From: a virus | Taxonomy: Duplodnaviria > Caudoviricetes | Strand: one strand, 5' to 3' | IMG/VR virus record: IMGVR_UViG_3300033555_000001 | Coordinates: 1 to 64,000 of that record | DNA: 64,000 nt | In this document: in pieces, positions 26,817-37,421 of the stretch | How the letters are laid out: each line of letters begins with the position of its first letter | How positions within the stretch are numbered: position 1 is the stretch's first letter | The notes under the pieces: generated by a model | Databases searched by the model: none | Told to the model about the DNA's origin: nothing | The model's input: only the letters and a program-made list of their open reading frames with translations | Program-made: the position numbers and the translations under genes

Positions 26817-27455
26817 ATGGAAAAGCTACCTACAACATCGTACATCTTTGTAGACCGCCGTGTTCTTGGTCGCGGTAAATCAATGGGTAACAGGCAGCGG
26901 CTCTTGCGTCGCATCACCGATGCAATTCGTCAGGCTCGCCCAGAAGACATTGATGCTGGTGGCGTAAAGAGCATGGGCGGCGGTGCAACACCACAGGGTA
27001 ATATGAATCCGGTAAAGGTCACGCGGCAGTCCCTGTACGAGCCAACCTTTCACTACGCCAGCGGTACTGGTACTCACGACATTGTTCTTATTGGCAACGA
27101 CGAGTGGGAGCGTGGTGATCAATTCCCAGTATCCAGTCCTGAAGAAGGCCAGGGCGGCGGTGGGCCGGGTGATGATGGTGAAGATGATTTTATTATCAAC
27201 GTAAGTCGCGATGAATTTTTTAACGTGTTCTTTGAGGACTGCGAACTGCCTGACCTGGTTCAGACACACGAGAAAGAACTGCCGGAACTAATGCCCAAGC
27301 ACGCTGGCTTTCAGAAAGAGGGAAATCCTGCACAGCTTAATGTTGTACGCTCGTTTAAAAATGCACTGCCACGCCGTCGTGCCCTGTCAAAAGACTCACG
27401 TGAACAATTAGAAATACTAGAGGCAGAGCTAGCAGCGCTAAAATCCGGAAACTAG
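26817..27455 (+). CDS. yeaH: YeaH (DUF444) N-terminal half
   Basis: IFVDRR...KSMGNRQRLLRR, EP.FH, GNDEW.RGD, FFEDCELPDL, AGF..EG.PA.L...RS; ends in a coiled-coil helix. Confidence 0.85.
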   Translation: MEKLPTTSYIFVDRRVLGRGKSMGNRQRLLRRITDAIRQARPEDIDAGGVKSMGGGATPQGNMNPVKVTRQSLYEPTFHYASGTGTHDIVLIGNDEWERGDQFPVSSPEEGQGGGGPGDDGEDDFIINVSRDEFFNVFFEDCELPDLVQTHEKELPELMPKHAGFQKEGNPAQLNVVRSFKNALPRRRALSKDSREQLEILEAELAALKSGN

Positions 27456-27478
27456 TATAACCACTAAGAGATCTAATT

Positions 27479-28024
27479 ATGCGCGTCAAGACAGTAATTA
27501 TTTTTACAATTTCAATTGTTGTGTGTTTAGTGGCGGCCTTTGCAACAACGCTGCCACAAGCGCTATCACTGCGGCCGGTCTTTGCCGGTGTGGCGCTTTT
27601 CTCGTTTGCAGTATGTTTATCACTGTGGTTGTTTACATCAGGGCGCAGTTCTGAAAAAAGATCCGATGGAACTCTAGCACTTGTGCCCCTGAATAACCCT
27701 GCTAAGACTGAAGAAACTCCACTCAGTGGGGGCACTTACATGTACACCGAAAGTGGTGGTGGAAACTATCAAATTAACATTGGTTTTAAGAGCATGTCTG
27801 AAATGCACGACGCGCATGACTTTCTGTGTGATTTAATTAAGGCGTCTCCAAAATCAAATATCGATTATAGGTGTGTACTGTCTTGTGGCTGCAAGAGTTC
27901 GTATGGTGGATTTCCATCAGAGTGGGATGCATCCGATCGCGATGGCAGTCTTGCTATTGCCAGTGGTGTGCTGTGTGAAAAGTGTTTTCACGCGTTTGAG
28001 GCGCGGCCAGCACCGCACAATTAA
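27479..28024 (+). CDS. Unrelated 2-TM protein with Cys motifs, inserted between the yeaH halves
   Basis: Two N-terminal TM segments; CxxxCxC and CxxC motifs. Confidence 0.55.
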   Translation: MRVKTVIIFTISIVVCLVAAFATTLPQALSLRPVFAGVALFSFAVCLSLWLFTSGRSSEKRSDGTLALVPLNNPAKTEETPLSGGTYMYTESGGGNYQINIGFKSMSEMHDAHDFLCDLIKASPKSNIDYRCVLSCGCKSSYGGFPSEWDASDRDGSLAIASGVLCEKCFHAFEARPAPHN

Positions 28025-28108
28025 CGCCAAGGAAAAGTAAAAATTTATGCAGCCCATCGGGTTGGTTATAGGTTATGATAACGTATGCACGTCCTCTAAG
28101 GGTTTTAT

Positions 28109-28822
28109 ATGAATGAGATTACTGGAATCACTGACAAAGAGCTTAAGATTGCCGAAATTGAGCTGCAAATCGCAGAGCTCAAGGCTAAAATCTCGGGCAT
28201 ACCGTTCTTTGAAAAGCTAGATCTGCGGTATACCAAAAAAGATAAAGTGCTTGTCAAGTCCGCCGATGCCGTGTTCTGCATGATCATGGACGTATCAGGA
28301 TCAATGGATGAAGACAAAAAGCGCATGGCCAGAAAATTCTTCAGCCTGCAATATGCCTTTATCAAACGCAAGTACCCGCAGACTGATTTGGTTTTTATTG
28401 CACACACCGAAACGCCAGAAGAACTTACTGAAGAAGAGTTCTTTACAACGCGGCGCAGTGGTGGCACCGTTCTCTCGCCTGCATATACTATGCTGAATCA
28501 AATTATTAAAACCCGGTACGACGCAAACATCACGAATATTTATTTGTCACAGGCAAGTGATGGCGACAATTGGTCTGATGACAATAATAATATTATTCCT
28601 GAGCTTGAGAGCAACGGCCTAATGGCCAAGCTCAGATACATGTCTTATGCACAGGTTGGCGAAAGTTTCTCCTCTAGCTATGGCGGTGGAGTAACACTGT
28701 GGAGTGTACTGCAGTCAATTATGAACACTAGCAAGAAAATGGCCATGGTTAAAATTGGCCAAGACTCAGAAGTTTTTGATGCGTTCCATAAGATTTACAA
28801 AAAGGGCAAAGACCGCAAGTAA
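28109..28822 (+). CDS. yeaH: YeaH (DUF444) C-terminal half with VWA/MIDAS motif
   Basis: IPF...DLRY, AVFCMIMDVSGSM, GGT.LS, NIY.SQASDGDNW. Confidence 0.88.
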   Translation: MNEITGITDKELKIAEIELQIAELKAKISGIPFFEKLDLRYTKKDKVLVKSADAVFCMIMDVSGSMDEDKKRMARKFFSLQYAFIKRKYPQTDLVFIAHTETPEELTEEEFFTTRRSGGTVLSPAYTMLNQIIKTRYDANITNIYLSQASDGDNWSDDNNNIIPELESNGLMAKLRYMSYAQVGESFSSSYGGGVTLWSVLQSIMNTSKKMAMVKIGQDSEVFDAFHKIYKKGKDRK

Positions 28823-28885
28823 CATAATATGATCCGGATAGCGGCTGGGTTAGATGCTCAGCCGTACTGGGAACATAACTTTATG

Positions 28886-28914
28886 TTGTACTAACTGATT
28901 AATTGTGTTATAAT
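28886..28914 (+). promoter_or_regulatory. Sigma70-like promoter of endonuclease gene 2
   Basis: TTGTAC-N17-TATAAT. Confidence 0.6.
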
Positions 28915-28919
28915 TTATA

Positions 28920-30512
28920 ATGCAAAACGCCAAGACCGCCAAATTCTTAAACTTACTGAACGTAAGCACAGTAAAAGAACTCAGGGCAGCAGAACTTCCA
29001 TCATCATGGTCGTACATTTCTAGAGCTCGTTATCTTAATTCCACCGCACCACTTTACTCTTTGCTGGACACGGTAAATTGCAGAACGCTTTCTGAGGCAG
29101 CATATACGCTGCTCAACGGCCCTGGAGCCTGCAAAGTGTGTTCATCAGGTACTCCATTTAAAACTTGGAAGTCAGGCAGAGCAACGTACTGCGGAAAAGC
29201 GTGCATGCACAAAGACGCCGACCTGGCTCTTTCTCAACGGCTAAAGCGCGAGGCAACAATGCTCGAGCGCTATGGTGCAAAGCACACGCTAAGTTCTGCT
29301 AATCTGCGCGCAAAGGTAGAAAAAACTTCACTGACTAAGTACGGCATAACTCACCCGGCTTCATCAGATGCGTCAAGGAATAAAAGAAAAAAGACAAACA
29401 CTGAGCGCTATGGTGGTCCTTCTCCGGGTGCCTCTGCTGAGATCTCAGCCAAATACGGTAAAACACGACGCGCTAATAAAGCCACAAACCATATTGCAAC
29501 AGCAGAACAACTTGGGTTTAAACTAATCAGTGGAGATCCGTTTGACCGAGAGCCAAGCACTTGGCAGTGCTCCTGCGGTTCGCAGTTCTCTCATTCATGG
29601 ATGACTGCGCAACACGCGCCAATTTGTAGAGTCTGCACGCCAATGATTCGCGGCACTTCTAAAGAAGAGCAAGAACTTGCTGAATGGCTCAGAGGTCAAC
29701 TACAAATTGAAACTAATTACCGAATTTATACGGGCAAAAAGACGTACAGCGAGCTAGATGTCTTTGTTCCATCTAAAAAGGTAGCAATAGAATTTAATGG
29801 GCTGTACTGGCACAGCGAGCTATTTGGTCGCGGCTCCAGGTATCACGCAGATAAAATGAAGCTCGCCGCCGAAAACGGAATTAAACTTGTTCAAGTGTTT
29901 GAGCACGAGTGGTCAAAGAAAAAAGAAATTTGCAAAAGCATTATCTCTGCTAAGTTAGGGTTAATTAAAAACAAATTTCATGCCAGAAAATTAGAGCTTG
30001 TCCAGTTAGATAAAGCTGAGGCCCGCGCGTTCTTCGATCAGAATCATATTTCTGGAAACAGCACGTTTAACGTGGCTTTTGGCTTAAAGTTAAATGGAGA
30101 ACTCTTGTGCGCCGGATCATGGGCACAAGATCGATTTGCGCGTGATAAGAGCAAAATTGAACTTATCAGGTTCACCAGTAAAATAAATTGTTCAATCTCT
30201 GGAGGACTTGGTAGAATAACAGCAGCAGCTCAAGCCTTTTTCCCAGGCAGAACCTTAAAGACTTTTTGTGATCTGCGATGGGGAACTGGCGATGGTTATA
30301 CAGCAGCAGGTTGGGATAGAATAAAAGAAACTGCACCGGCATATTGGTACTTTACTGGATTAAATGTGAGTCACAGAAGCATGTACCAGCGTAAGAAGTT
30401 ATTAGAATTAAGCGGTAAAGATAGTGGTACTGAATGGGAACTCGCGCAGTTCTGTGGGTTAAACAGATTTTGGGACTGTGGAAATGCCGTCTTTGAAAGG
30501 GCACCGAAATGA
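28920..30512 (+). mobile_element. Free-standing homing-endonuclease-like gene 2 (paralog of 25135)
   Basis: Same architecture; ELDVFVP..KVAIEFNGLYWHSE; NHISG...ELIRF. Confidence 0.7.
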
Positions 30513-31999
30513 GCGATCTAATTATTACATCAAAAACTGACTGGACTCCCGATCTATTAGAGCGAGTCTGGAAAGAAATTGAAAAAATCTCTATTGAAGA
30601 GCTTGAGCTGATTCCAGGCCGAGATCTCTATACAAATCAATTTGAGATTGTAAGCGCGGAACAAATGCTGGATGCGTACGCCAGTATTGGTTTACCGGTG
30701 CACTACAACCACTGGAGTTTTGGAAAAGACTTTTTGCAGAACGCAAAAGCCTATGAAAAAGGCGAGCAAGGTTTAGCGTATGAGATGGTAATCAACAGCA
30801 ATCCATGTATTAATCTGCTGATGGAGGAAAATTTAGCTTACATGCAAACAATGGTGATGGCGCATGCTGGCGTAGGTCACAACGCAGTATTTGCTAACAA
30901 CGTGTACTTTAAAGAATGGACCCAAGCCGGCTCCATTATTGACTACATGTTGTTTGCTCGTGATTATATCAGGCACTGTGAAGAGCGCTATGGTGCTATT
31001 GAAGTTGAACTAGTGCTTGATGCGTGCCACGCACTTGCAGCCCATGGCATTGACAAGTTCAAGCGACGCCATCGTCCAAAATTGTCAGAAGAAGCGCGTC
31101 TGAAAATGCTGATGACCAGCGATGACCAGCGCCAAAAAGAGCTAGACATCATTCTGCAGCGCACTACCATTGATGAAAAGCTTGAATCAGCAATGGATCT
31201 AGACGAGGGTGATTTCCTAGAAGAAGACGAAGAAAATATCCTGTACTACATCATGAAAAAATCGCCCAATCTGGAGCGGTGGAAGCGTGAAATTATCCGG
31301 ATTGTTTACAAGATTAACCAGTACTTTTCGCCACAGGGTCCGACAAAAATCTTGAACGAGGGCTTTGCCACGTTTTGTCACCACTACATCATGCAGCGCT
31401 TGGAAGAAAAGGGAATTATTACCAGCGACGCTTTTATGGCGTACCTGACATCGCACAGCGGAGTTATCTTTCAACCAACGTACGACAAGCGCTACTACAG
31501 CGGCACCAACCCATATGCACTTGGTTTTGCAATCTTGTCAGATGTAAAGCGAATTTGCGAGAATCCAACTGATGAAGATCGCCAGTGGTTTCCTAATTTG
31601 ATCGGGCAGCGGTGGCAGGACGCTATTAAAGAAGCAGCGTTTGAGCACCGTGATGATAGCTTTATTATGCAGTACATGTCGCCTAAAGTTATTCGTGATC
31701 AAAAATTGTTTACGGTTAGTATTGACTACAGCAACGATGACGAAGCACCGGATGCTTTTGTCTCTGAGATTCACGACGATATAGGTTATGCAAATATCCG
31801 CAGTGCTCTTGCAAAGTCTAAAGAGCGCGTGAACTATGTGCCGCAAATTGTAGTTGAAGGCGCTGATCTTGAGGGCGATCGTACATTGTACCTGCGGTAC
31901 GACGCGTATCAAGGACGCGAGCTTGACGAGGAAGATGCTGCTGCAGTGTTGCAGTACGTAGACAGTCTGTGGGGATATACTGCAGAACTTGATGCCTGA
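30509..31999 (+). CDS. ycgB: SpoVR/YcgB family protein
   Basis: DWT.DLL, QMLDAYASIGLP.HYNHWSFGK, GLAYEMVINSNP, TKILNEGFATF.H, NPYALGF. Confidence 0.93.
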   Translation: MSDLIITSKTDWTPDLLERVWKEIEKISIEELELIPGRDLYTNQFEIVSAEQMLDAYASIGLPVHYNHWSFGKDFLQNAKAYEKGEQGLAYEMVINSNPCINLLMEENLAYMQTMVMAHAGVGHNAVFANNVYFKEWTQAGSIIDYMLFARDYIRHCEERYGAIEVELVLDACHALAAHGIDKFKRRHRPKLSEEARLKMLMTSDDQRQKELDIILQRTTIDEKLESAMDLDEGDFLEEDEENILYYIMKKSPNLERWKREIIRIVYKINQYFSPQGPTKILNEGFATFCHHYIMQRLEEKGIITSDAFMAYLTSHSGVIFQPTYDKRYYSGTNPYALGFAILSDVKRICENPTDEDRQWFPNLIGQRWQDAIKEAAFEHRDDSFIMQYMSPKVIRDQKLFTVSIDYSNDDEAPDAFVSEIHDDIGYANIRSALAKSKERVNYVPQIVVEGADLEGDRTLYLRYDAYQGRELDEEDAAAVLQYVDSLWGYTAELDA

Positions 32000-32050
32000 T
32001 CCTGAAAACAGTGTATAATAGCACTGTTGCTAATTTTATTCGGAGACAGT

Positions 32051-32299
32051 ATGGACTTATCTTATCTCGCAAATTTATCTGAAACTCAATTTGAAGCAGA
32101 GCGCTACCGATTGATTAAAGCAGAGATTGAAAAGGCACCAACACCGGTACTTAAAAAGAAAGCGCTGGCTCTTCAGTTTGAGCTTGACGCTCTCAGAGAA
32201 ACGCTGTCTACAGAGGACTTCTTGCAGTCAATTGCGCACAGGATAAGAGACAATTTAGAGAACATAGAAGATCAAATCCAATATGCAAAGAGTGTGTAG
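32051..32299 (+). CDS. DUF3135-like protein
   Basis: FEAER..LI...IE.AP.....ALALQFELD; GGAG RBS. Confidence 0.5.
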   Translation: MDLSYLANLSETQFEAERYRLIKAEIEKAPTPVLKKKALALQFELDALRETLSTEDFLQSIAHRIRDNLENIEDQIQYAKSV

Positions 32300-32324
32300 C
32301 CAGACATACTCAGACTAACCACGC

Positions 32325-32355
32325 AAAAGAAAGGGACTCAATGAGTCCCTTTTTA
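32325..32355. terminator. Bidirectional terminator
   Basis: AAAGGGACTC/GAGTCCCTTT with flanking A and T runs between convergent genes. Confidence 0.8.
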
Positions 32356-32400
32356 TATGGCGCTACATTAATCCGCAGCAGTGCAACAGGGCACCACCGG

Positions 32401-33051
32401 TTAAGTTAAGTTCGCTTCAATCTGGTTTCTTGTCGTTTCAATTTGATTAAAAGCTGTTACGGCTGCTTCCAGCGTCGCAGCGTTTTTAATCAAGTACTTG
32501 TCCATCCGCAGATTGTCAAGCGCAAAAAGTGCAGACCTGAATCCTGCAGCTTGATTTAAAATAATCCCAGCGGCAGTCTGATAAGTTATGTTATTATTAT
32601 TAGCAAAGCGAGTAATCCACTCTGTTGGTGCTATCGTGAAATTAGAATCAGTATACTCGCGAGCCGCCTTTTCTCTTTCGATATAGCCCATGTAAAAGCG
32701 CGTCTTTTTTGTAATTATTTCGGCGATAGTATCGTCTACTGTTACCATCATTTGCTCTCGCTTTTGTATATCACTGAGAACAGGTGGCGGTGGAATTATG
32801 AATTCCCCCTTAATCTGCTTTTCAAGCGCTCGATCCGCAAAGCCTGATATGTTATCTTCTTTTACAATTTGCTCAGCAAGCGCAATAACACCAGCTTCAG
32901 TGCGATCCGGAATTGGGCTAGGAAAAAACTTACTGCTCTCAGTTTTTAACGACACACCTGCCGGGTTAGTTACCGTAAAGTTAAATTTAACGCTTGAGAT
33001 TCCAGTTTCATCACGCTGAGCGCTAACATCTTCAATTATATATGTGTTCAT
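32401..33051 (-). CDS. Tail fibre assembly/chaperone-like protein
   Basis: Directly downstream of the tail fibre; Y..RE..A..Y...LD.LRM pattern. Confidence 0.55.
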   Translation of the reverse strand: MNTYIIEDVSAQRDETGISSVKFNFTVTNPAGVSLKTESSKFFPSPIPDRTEAGVIALAEQIVKEDNISGFADRALEKQIKGEFIIPPPPVLSDIQKREQMMVTVDDTIAEIITKKTRFYMGYIEREKAAREYTDSNFTIAPTEWITRFANNNNITYQTAAGIILNQAAGFRSALFALDNLRMDKYLIKNAATLEAAVTAFNQIETTRNQIEANLT

Positions 33052-33060
33052 TTGTAATCC

Positions 33061-36000
33061 TTAAATTTCAGCGTTGATTATAGCGTTTGCTTGTGTAAAG
33101 CCGTGGTTGGGGCCAGTGGTTATAACCACTGAAAAAACATAGGTTTGTGGGTTAGTAGTCACAACCTGCAGGTTTTGCGCGTTAGCGTACGCAGCAGCTG
33201 GGAACGTTACTACTGGCGCCGTCCTCATGACTGTGCCCCATCGACCTGTTGTATACACGGTGCCACCAGTAGCGTGGTAACCACCAAAAATTAAATCGTT
33301 GTGCACAGTGTAATATCGTTGGCACAGTTGTATTTCAACAGCACCTGGTCTGCGCTCAAAGCTGTTTAACGCACCGGGTTCTAGTTGAACTTGCGTAATT
33401 TCAAAAAAGTCGCCTGCGGCGGGTGCCTGAACTCTAATTGCTATTTTTAGGAAGTGGTCAACGCCGAATGTTTTACCCACAATAGAAGGCATAGTAAATG
33501 TTAAAGAAGACCGCTGAAACGCGGCGCCGGCGTTCCCAGCACTTACTTGAACAACTGAACCAAAAGTTGAGGCACTTGCACCACCTCCCGTCCCAAAATT
33601 TTGCTCAATGTACACTGATACACTTTTAGCTGTTGCACCAGTGCGATGACTAAAAGACAGTGTTACTAACTGACCCGATAGGGTAGCCACACCCTCAACG
33701 CGCTGGCTAATATCATAAAACGTAGTAGCACCACTTGTAGTTTGGGCAATGCGCATGGCATTGCTTAGGCCATCAACAGTCTGTGGGTTTTGCGTTGTTT
33801 GGCTTACTGTGTACGACGAGCCCGAAAGCGAGTCAGTGGAAATTATCCACCGATCCGCAGTGTACACGCCGGTAACATTAGAAAAAGAAGTGCCGCGCTG
33901 CCAGATGCCAAACCCCGGGTTAATAAGTCGGTTTCTAAAACCTGTGGCTGCCGTGATTCCACTCAGCGCGGTCTGTACAAATTCAGTAGTGGCGACTTTA
34001 GTAGAGTTATCTGCCAGGGCCTGAGTAGGGGCACTAACAATTGCCGAAAACGATGTGTTTCCGGAAAATGTATTAACCCCCGACAGTGTCAAACCTGATT
34101 TATATTCAAGAGCAGTACCAGCAGCATTGACTCCCAGCACCTGATTTGCAGTACCAAGCGCGGTAAGATTTGTACCACCTTTGCTAATTGCCAAAGTTCC
34201 ACTGATATTGTTGAGAGCAAGATTTGCCTCGGCAACATCAATGGTTGGGTTTCCTGCAACTCCGCCGCCATCAGTGACAGTAAGCTTTGTCGATCCTGCA
34301 GTAAGCGTACGTGTTGCACTGGTACCAGCACCAGTAACAGCGTACAATCCTGTAGTAACAGTATTTGCAAGAGCTGTCAGATCTGAATCAAGGCCTTGTG
34401 CATCAGTGATGCCGTAACCGGCTAATGTGGTTGGATTTGTACCAGCGGTTACACGCCCAAATGCGTCAGTTGTTACTGACTTGTATGTTCCAGCGGCACC
34501 AACTGCCACCAGGTCAATTGCCGGACCGGCCGTAACTCCATCGCCATTTAATACTGATACTCTACCAGCGGCACCAGTAATCGATCGTGTTGCCCAAGTA
34601 TCCGCACCGGTCCGCGCGGCAAATCCATTCCCAGATAATCCCTCAAGAGCGGCCAAATCATTTGACAGCAAAAAGGTCAGTGTTCCGCTGTTTGTAATAG
34701 GTGATCCGGTAACAGTAAAGCCGGCAGCTGGTGCAATTGCAGCAACTGAAGTAACAGTTCCGACATTGAGCGCAGCAATAGTGACAGATCCTGTTCCGTG
34801 CGTTACGGAGATACCAGATCCAGCTGCAATTGTTTTATACTCTAACGTACCGCCCGCAGATACAACGCCCAGCACCTGATTTGCGGTTCCTGCGGCGCTT
34901 AAATCCGTACCGCCTTTTGCGATTGACAAAGTTCCACTAATGTTGTTGAGAGCAAGGCTGGATTCAACAACGTCAACCGTTGGGTTTCCTGTAACCCCAT
35001 TACCACTTGCTATTGAAATCTTGGTTGACCCGGCAACAATCATGCGTGTAGAGCTTGTTCCTGCACCAGTAACGGCGTACAACCCCGTAGTAATGGTGTT
35101 TGCAAGAGCTGTTAGATCTGAATCCAGACTTTGCGAGTCAGTAATGCCATACCCAACCAGAGTTGTTGGAGTATTAGTCAGTGTATTCCAGTTCTGCGTT
35201 GTACTGGCAGCAGTAACACGACCATAACCGTCAGTAGTTACAGCAACGTACGAACCTGCAGTTCCAACAAGTGCCAAGTCAATAGAGTCAGCGTTAACAA
35301 CGATCCGGCTCACAGCAGCGCTTACAACATCAAGTGAGTTCAGCGTGCGAGTTAAACCGTTTCCAGCGGTTAGTACTGTGCCGTCAACATAGGATTTTGT
35401 TGTTAGATCACCAGCACCTACGGGAGCAACACCTGCTACTGGCAGCGTGAAAGACCAGGCACCAGTAATTGTTTCTGTTCCGGCGTTTCTGGCCAAGAGA
35501 GCGCCATCTGTGATTTGCGACTCTGTAACTGTAAGTGCGCCTTGATGCTGCACAACGCTGCCTGCAGAAATTCTGGCGTTGTCAAATGCACCGCTTGTGG
35601 TTTGGGCAGCAGAAATAGCTATTGGTGTGCTGCTTGCAGCGGTAACTAAACCCTTGTTGTTAACTGTAAGCGTTCCAACTGCAGCTGCCGTGCCAAACAC
35701 ACCAGGGTTAACGTTTACAATTGCAAGCAGCAACTCTGCGGTGGTGCCAGTAACAGTGCCGCTAATATCGCCGGTGATGGTGGTGCTTGGCGCAGGTCCC
35801 GATCCTACTCGCTGCCAGGCGTTAGTCTCATCGTAAAAGTATAATCCTTCTGAGGCGTTATTTGTATTGAGATAGTAAATCTGGCCGCTGGTTCCACTGG
35901 TTGGTAGTGCAATTCCACTTGGGGTAACTAGCTGCTGCTCAGTGCTGATTCTGGTCCATGCGCCGGCAATGTAAATGTTGAGGCCTAGAATAGTATTGTC

Positions 36001-36120
36001 AGCAGATGTGTGAAAAAATAACTCTCCAACGTTTGGTAGTGCGGGGAATGACAGACCAGAGGCAACCGTGAGGTTAGTAATTACTGATCCTTCTGTAAGC
36101 TGAATACCATCATGACGCAT
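33061..36120 (-). CDS. Long tail fibre / receptor-binding protein
   Basis: Likely start [12 protein letters not shown] at 36120 (homologous to the 51877 start); internal repeats; C-terminal [13 protein letters not shown] domain. Confidence 0.8.
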   Translation of the reverse strand: MRHDGIQLTEGSVITNLTVASGLSFPALPNVGELFFHTSADNTILGLNIYIAGAWTRISTEQQLVTPSGIALPTSGTSGQIYYLNTNNASEGLYFYDETNAWQRVGSGPAPSTTITGDISGTVTGTTAELLLAIVNVNPGVFGTAAAVGTLTVNNKGLVTAASSTPIAISAAQTTSGAFDNARISAGSVVQHQGALTVTESQITDGALLARNAGTETITGAWSFTLPVAGVAPVGAGDLTTKSYVDGTVLTAGNGLTRTLNSLDVVSAAVSRIVVNADSIDLALVGTAGSYVAVTTDGYGRVTAASTTQNWNTLTNTPTTLVGYGITDSQSLDSDLTALANTITTGLYAVTGAGTSSTRMIVAGSTKISIASGNGVTGNPTVDVVESSLALNNISGTLSIAKGGTDLSAAGTANQVLGVVSAGGTLEYKTIAAGSGISVTHGTGSVTIAALNVGTVTSVAAIAPAAGFTVTGSPITNSGTLTFLLSNDLAALEGLSGNGFAARTGADTWATRSITGAAGRVSVLNGDGVTAGPAIDLVAVGAAGTYKSVTTDAFGRVTAGTNPTTLAGYGITDAQGLDSDLTALANTVTTGLYAVTGAGTSATRTLTAGSTKLTVTDGGGVAGNPTIDVAEANLALNNISGTLAISKGGTNLTALGTANQVLGVNAAGTALEYKSGLTLSGVNTFSGNTSFSAIVSAPTQALADNSTKVATTEFVQTALSGITAATGFRNRLINPGFGIWQRGTSFSNVTGVYTADRWIISTDSLSGSSYTVSQTTQNPQTVDGLSNAMRIAQTTSGATTFYDISQRVEGVATLSGQLVTLSFSHRTGATAKSVSVYIEQNFGTGGGASASTFGSVVQVSAGNAGAAFQRSSLTFTMPSIVGKTFGVDHFLKIAIRVQAPAAGDFFEITQVQLEPGALNSFERRPGAVEIQLCQRYYTVHNDLIFGGYHATGGTVYTTGRWGTVMRTAPVVTFPAAAYANAQNLQVVTTNPQTYVFSVVITTGPNHGFTQANAIINAEI
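34180..35270 (-). repeat. Internal duplicated module in the tail fibre
   Basis: Two copies of a module (VTTD.FGRVTA...[10 protein letters not shown]...GNPT.DV...[15 protein letters not shown]) about 735 nt apart; boundaries approximate. Confidence 0.75.
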
Positions 36121-36205
36121 TATAATTCCGATATGGTTAGGGGTGACAGCGTATTTACGAATATAAGACCAATACCATAAATAAAGATCGATTACTGAGA
36201 AGACC

Positions 36206-36502
36206 ATGACATCCACTGTAGCCGCTGTTATTTCAGACACTAATCCAATCCTTGCTGCGACTATTCCGTGGCCGGAAAAAGGTAAAAAGGTAGAGCTCAT
36301 TGCAGAAAAATTTAAAATTTCTGCCAGTGAAGCCAGTAATATTTTTGAATTTGGATGTGCTGATCGGGGCTGGGGTGAAATGTCCACTGAAGCCAGGGGC
36401 ACGGTGCACACGGCATATCAAGAAATTTTTCTTGAAGAAGCAGACGCTGAAGTTTCCCAGGCAGTTGTGATGGCAACACTACAGAAAGAGTTTAACCTGT
36501 GA
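36206..36502 (+). CDS. Hypothetical protein
   Basis: TAAATA at 36178; GTGA overlap with the next gene. Confidence 0.55.
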   Translation: MTSTVAAVISDTNPILAATIPWPEKGKKVELIAEKFKISASEASNIFEFGCADRGWGEMSTEARGTVHTAYQEIFLEEADAEVSQAVVMATLQKEFNL

Positions 36503-37377
36503 TTTCATTTAAGCAGTTTTTAACCGAGGGCGGCAAAGCTACAGAGAAGCACGGAACCGTTCGTGCTACTCAGGCGGACATGCAGGCAGCTCTTAAGTTT
36601 GTGTCAAATGCAATTGAAGTTCCAGTTTCTAAGCTGGCCAAACAACTGCTTGGCTCGGCACGGCTAACACACGCTGGGCATCAACTAGATTCAGGCGATG
36701 TAGATATTGCGCTGCCACTAGAATTAAAAACCACTGCCGTTGAAAAATTAACTGCGGCAGTTGGATCTAAACCACTTGCAATTGGCGGCTCAACTTTTTC
36801 CTTTGCTGTTCCAGCCGGCGATAAAAAAGTCCAAGTTGATCTTATGTTTGTAACAGATTTAGACTGGGCCAGTTTTTCGCATTATTCAAGCAAGGACAGC
36901 GCGCACAAGAGCGCCGTTCGCAATGAGCTGCTGCACAGTGCACTGAAATTCTCTGCAGAAGATGGAAAAGACCTGCGCGTCAAAGATGCGGGTGGAGAAG
37001 ATATTGTGCGTGCTTCCCGCGCGTACAAGCTTGATACTGGCGTAGAGCGAATTTTTAAAGTAGCCAAGAATAGAAAAGATGGCAAGGGCCGCGTAAAGGG
37101 AACCAGTGCTGTGTCTCCGCTGGAAGTACAGGCTGCGCTAGATGCGTTAGGGCACTCTGGAAAATTCAGTTCAGAGCAGGACCTTATCACGGACCCAGAT
37201 AAATTTGCTGCGCTGTTGTTTGGCAATACGGTTACCGCTGCTGATCTTAAATCCGCTGAACAACTAATCAAACTTATTGCCGCACACTCGTCAGCAAAAG
37301 AAATTTTCAAAGACGCGGTTAAGGGTATGATCAGACGAAAACTTGTGGTTCCACCAGAACTAGAAGAATACAGATAA
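36499..37377 (+). CDS. Putative Pol-beta-family nucleotidyltransferase, candidate virion protein
   Basis: LGS...SGDVDIA...VQVDLMF; N-terminus [10 protein letters not shown]. Confidence 0.6.
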   Translation: MISFKQFLTEGGKATEKHGTVRATQADMQAALKFVSNAIEVPVSKLAKQLLGSARLTHAGHQLDSGDVDIALPLELKTTAVEKLTAAVGSKPLAIGGSTFSFAVPAGDKKVQVDLMFVTDLDWASFSHYSSKDSAHKSAVRNELLHSALKFSAEDGKDLRVKDAGGEDIVRASRAYKLDTGVERIFKVAKNRKDGKGRVKGTSAVSPLEVQAALDALGHSGKFSSEQDLITDPDKFAALLFGNTVTAADLKSAEQLIKLIAAHSSAKEIFKDAVKGMIRRKLVVPPELEEYR

Positions 37378-37380
37378 AGA

Positions 37381-37405
37381 AAAAGGGAGCTAATTAGCTC
37401 CCTTT
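37381..37405. terminator. Bidirectional terminator
   Basis: AAAGGGAGCT/AGCTCCCTTT between convergent genes. Confidence 0.8.
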
Positions 37406-37421
37406 ATTATTTCTGCAGCAG

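Noticed and set aside
27456-28108. Group I intron or intein splitting yeaH
   Set aside because: No recognisable P/Q/R/S elements or intein termini; the insert encodes a membrane protein and the C-half has its own ATG. RT-PCR is still needed to exclude splicing.
36121-36411. Track start of the 1116-aa fibre at 36411
   Set aside because: The extension overlaps the plus-strand gene 36206..36502; homology with the 51877 fibre and a late motif support ATG 36120.
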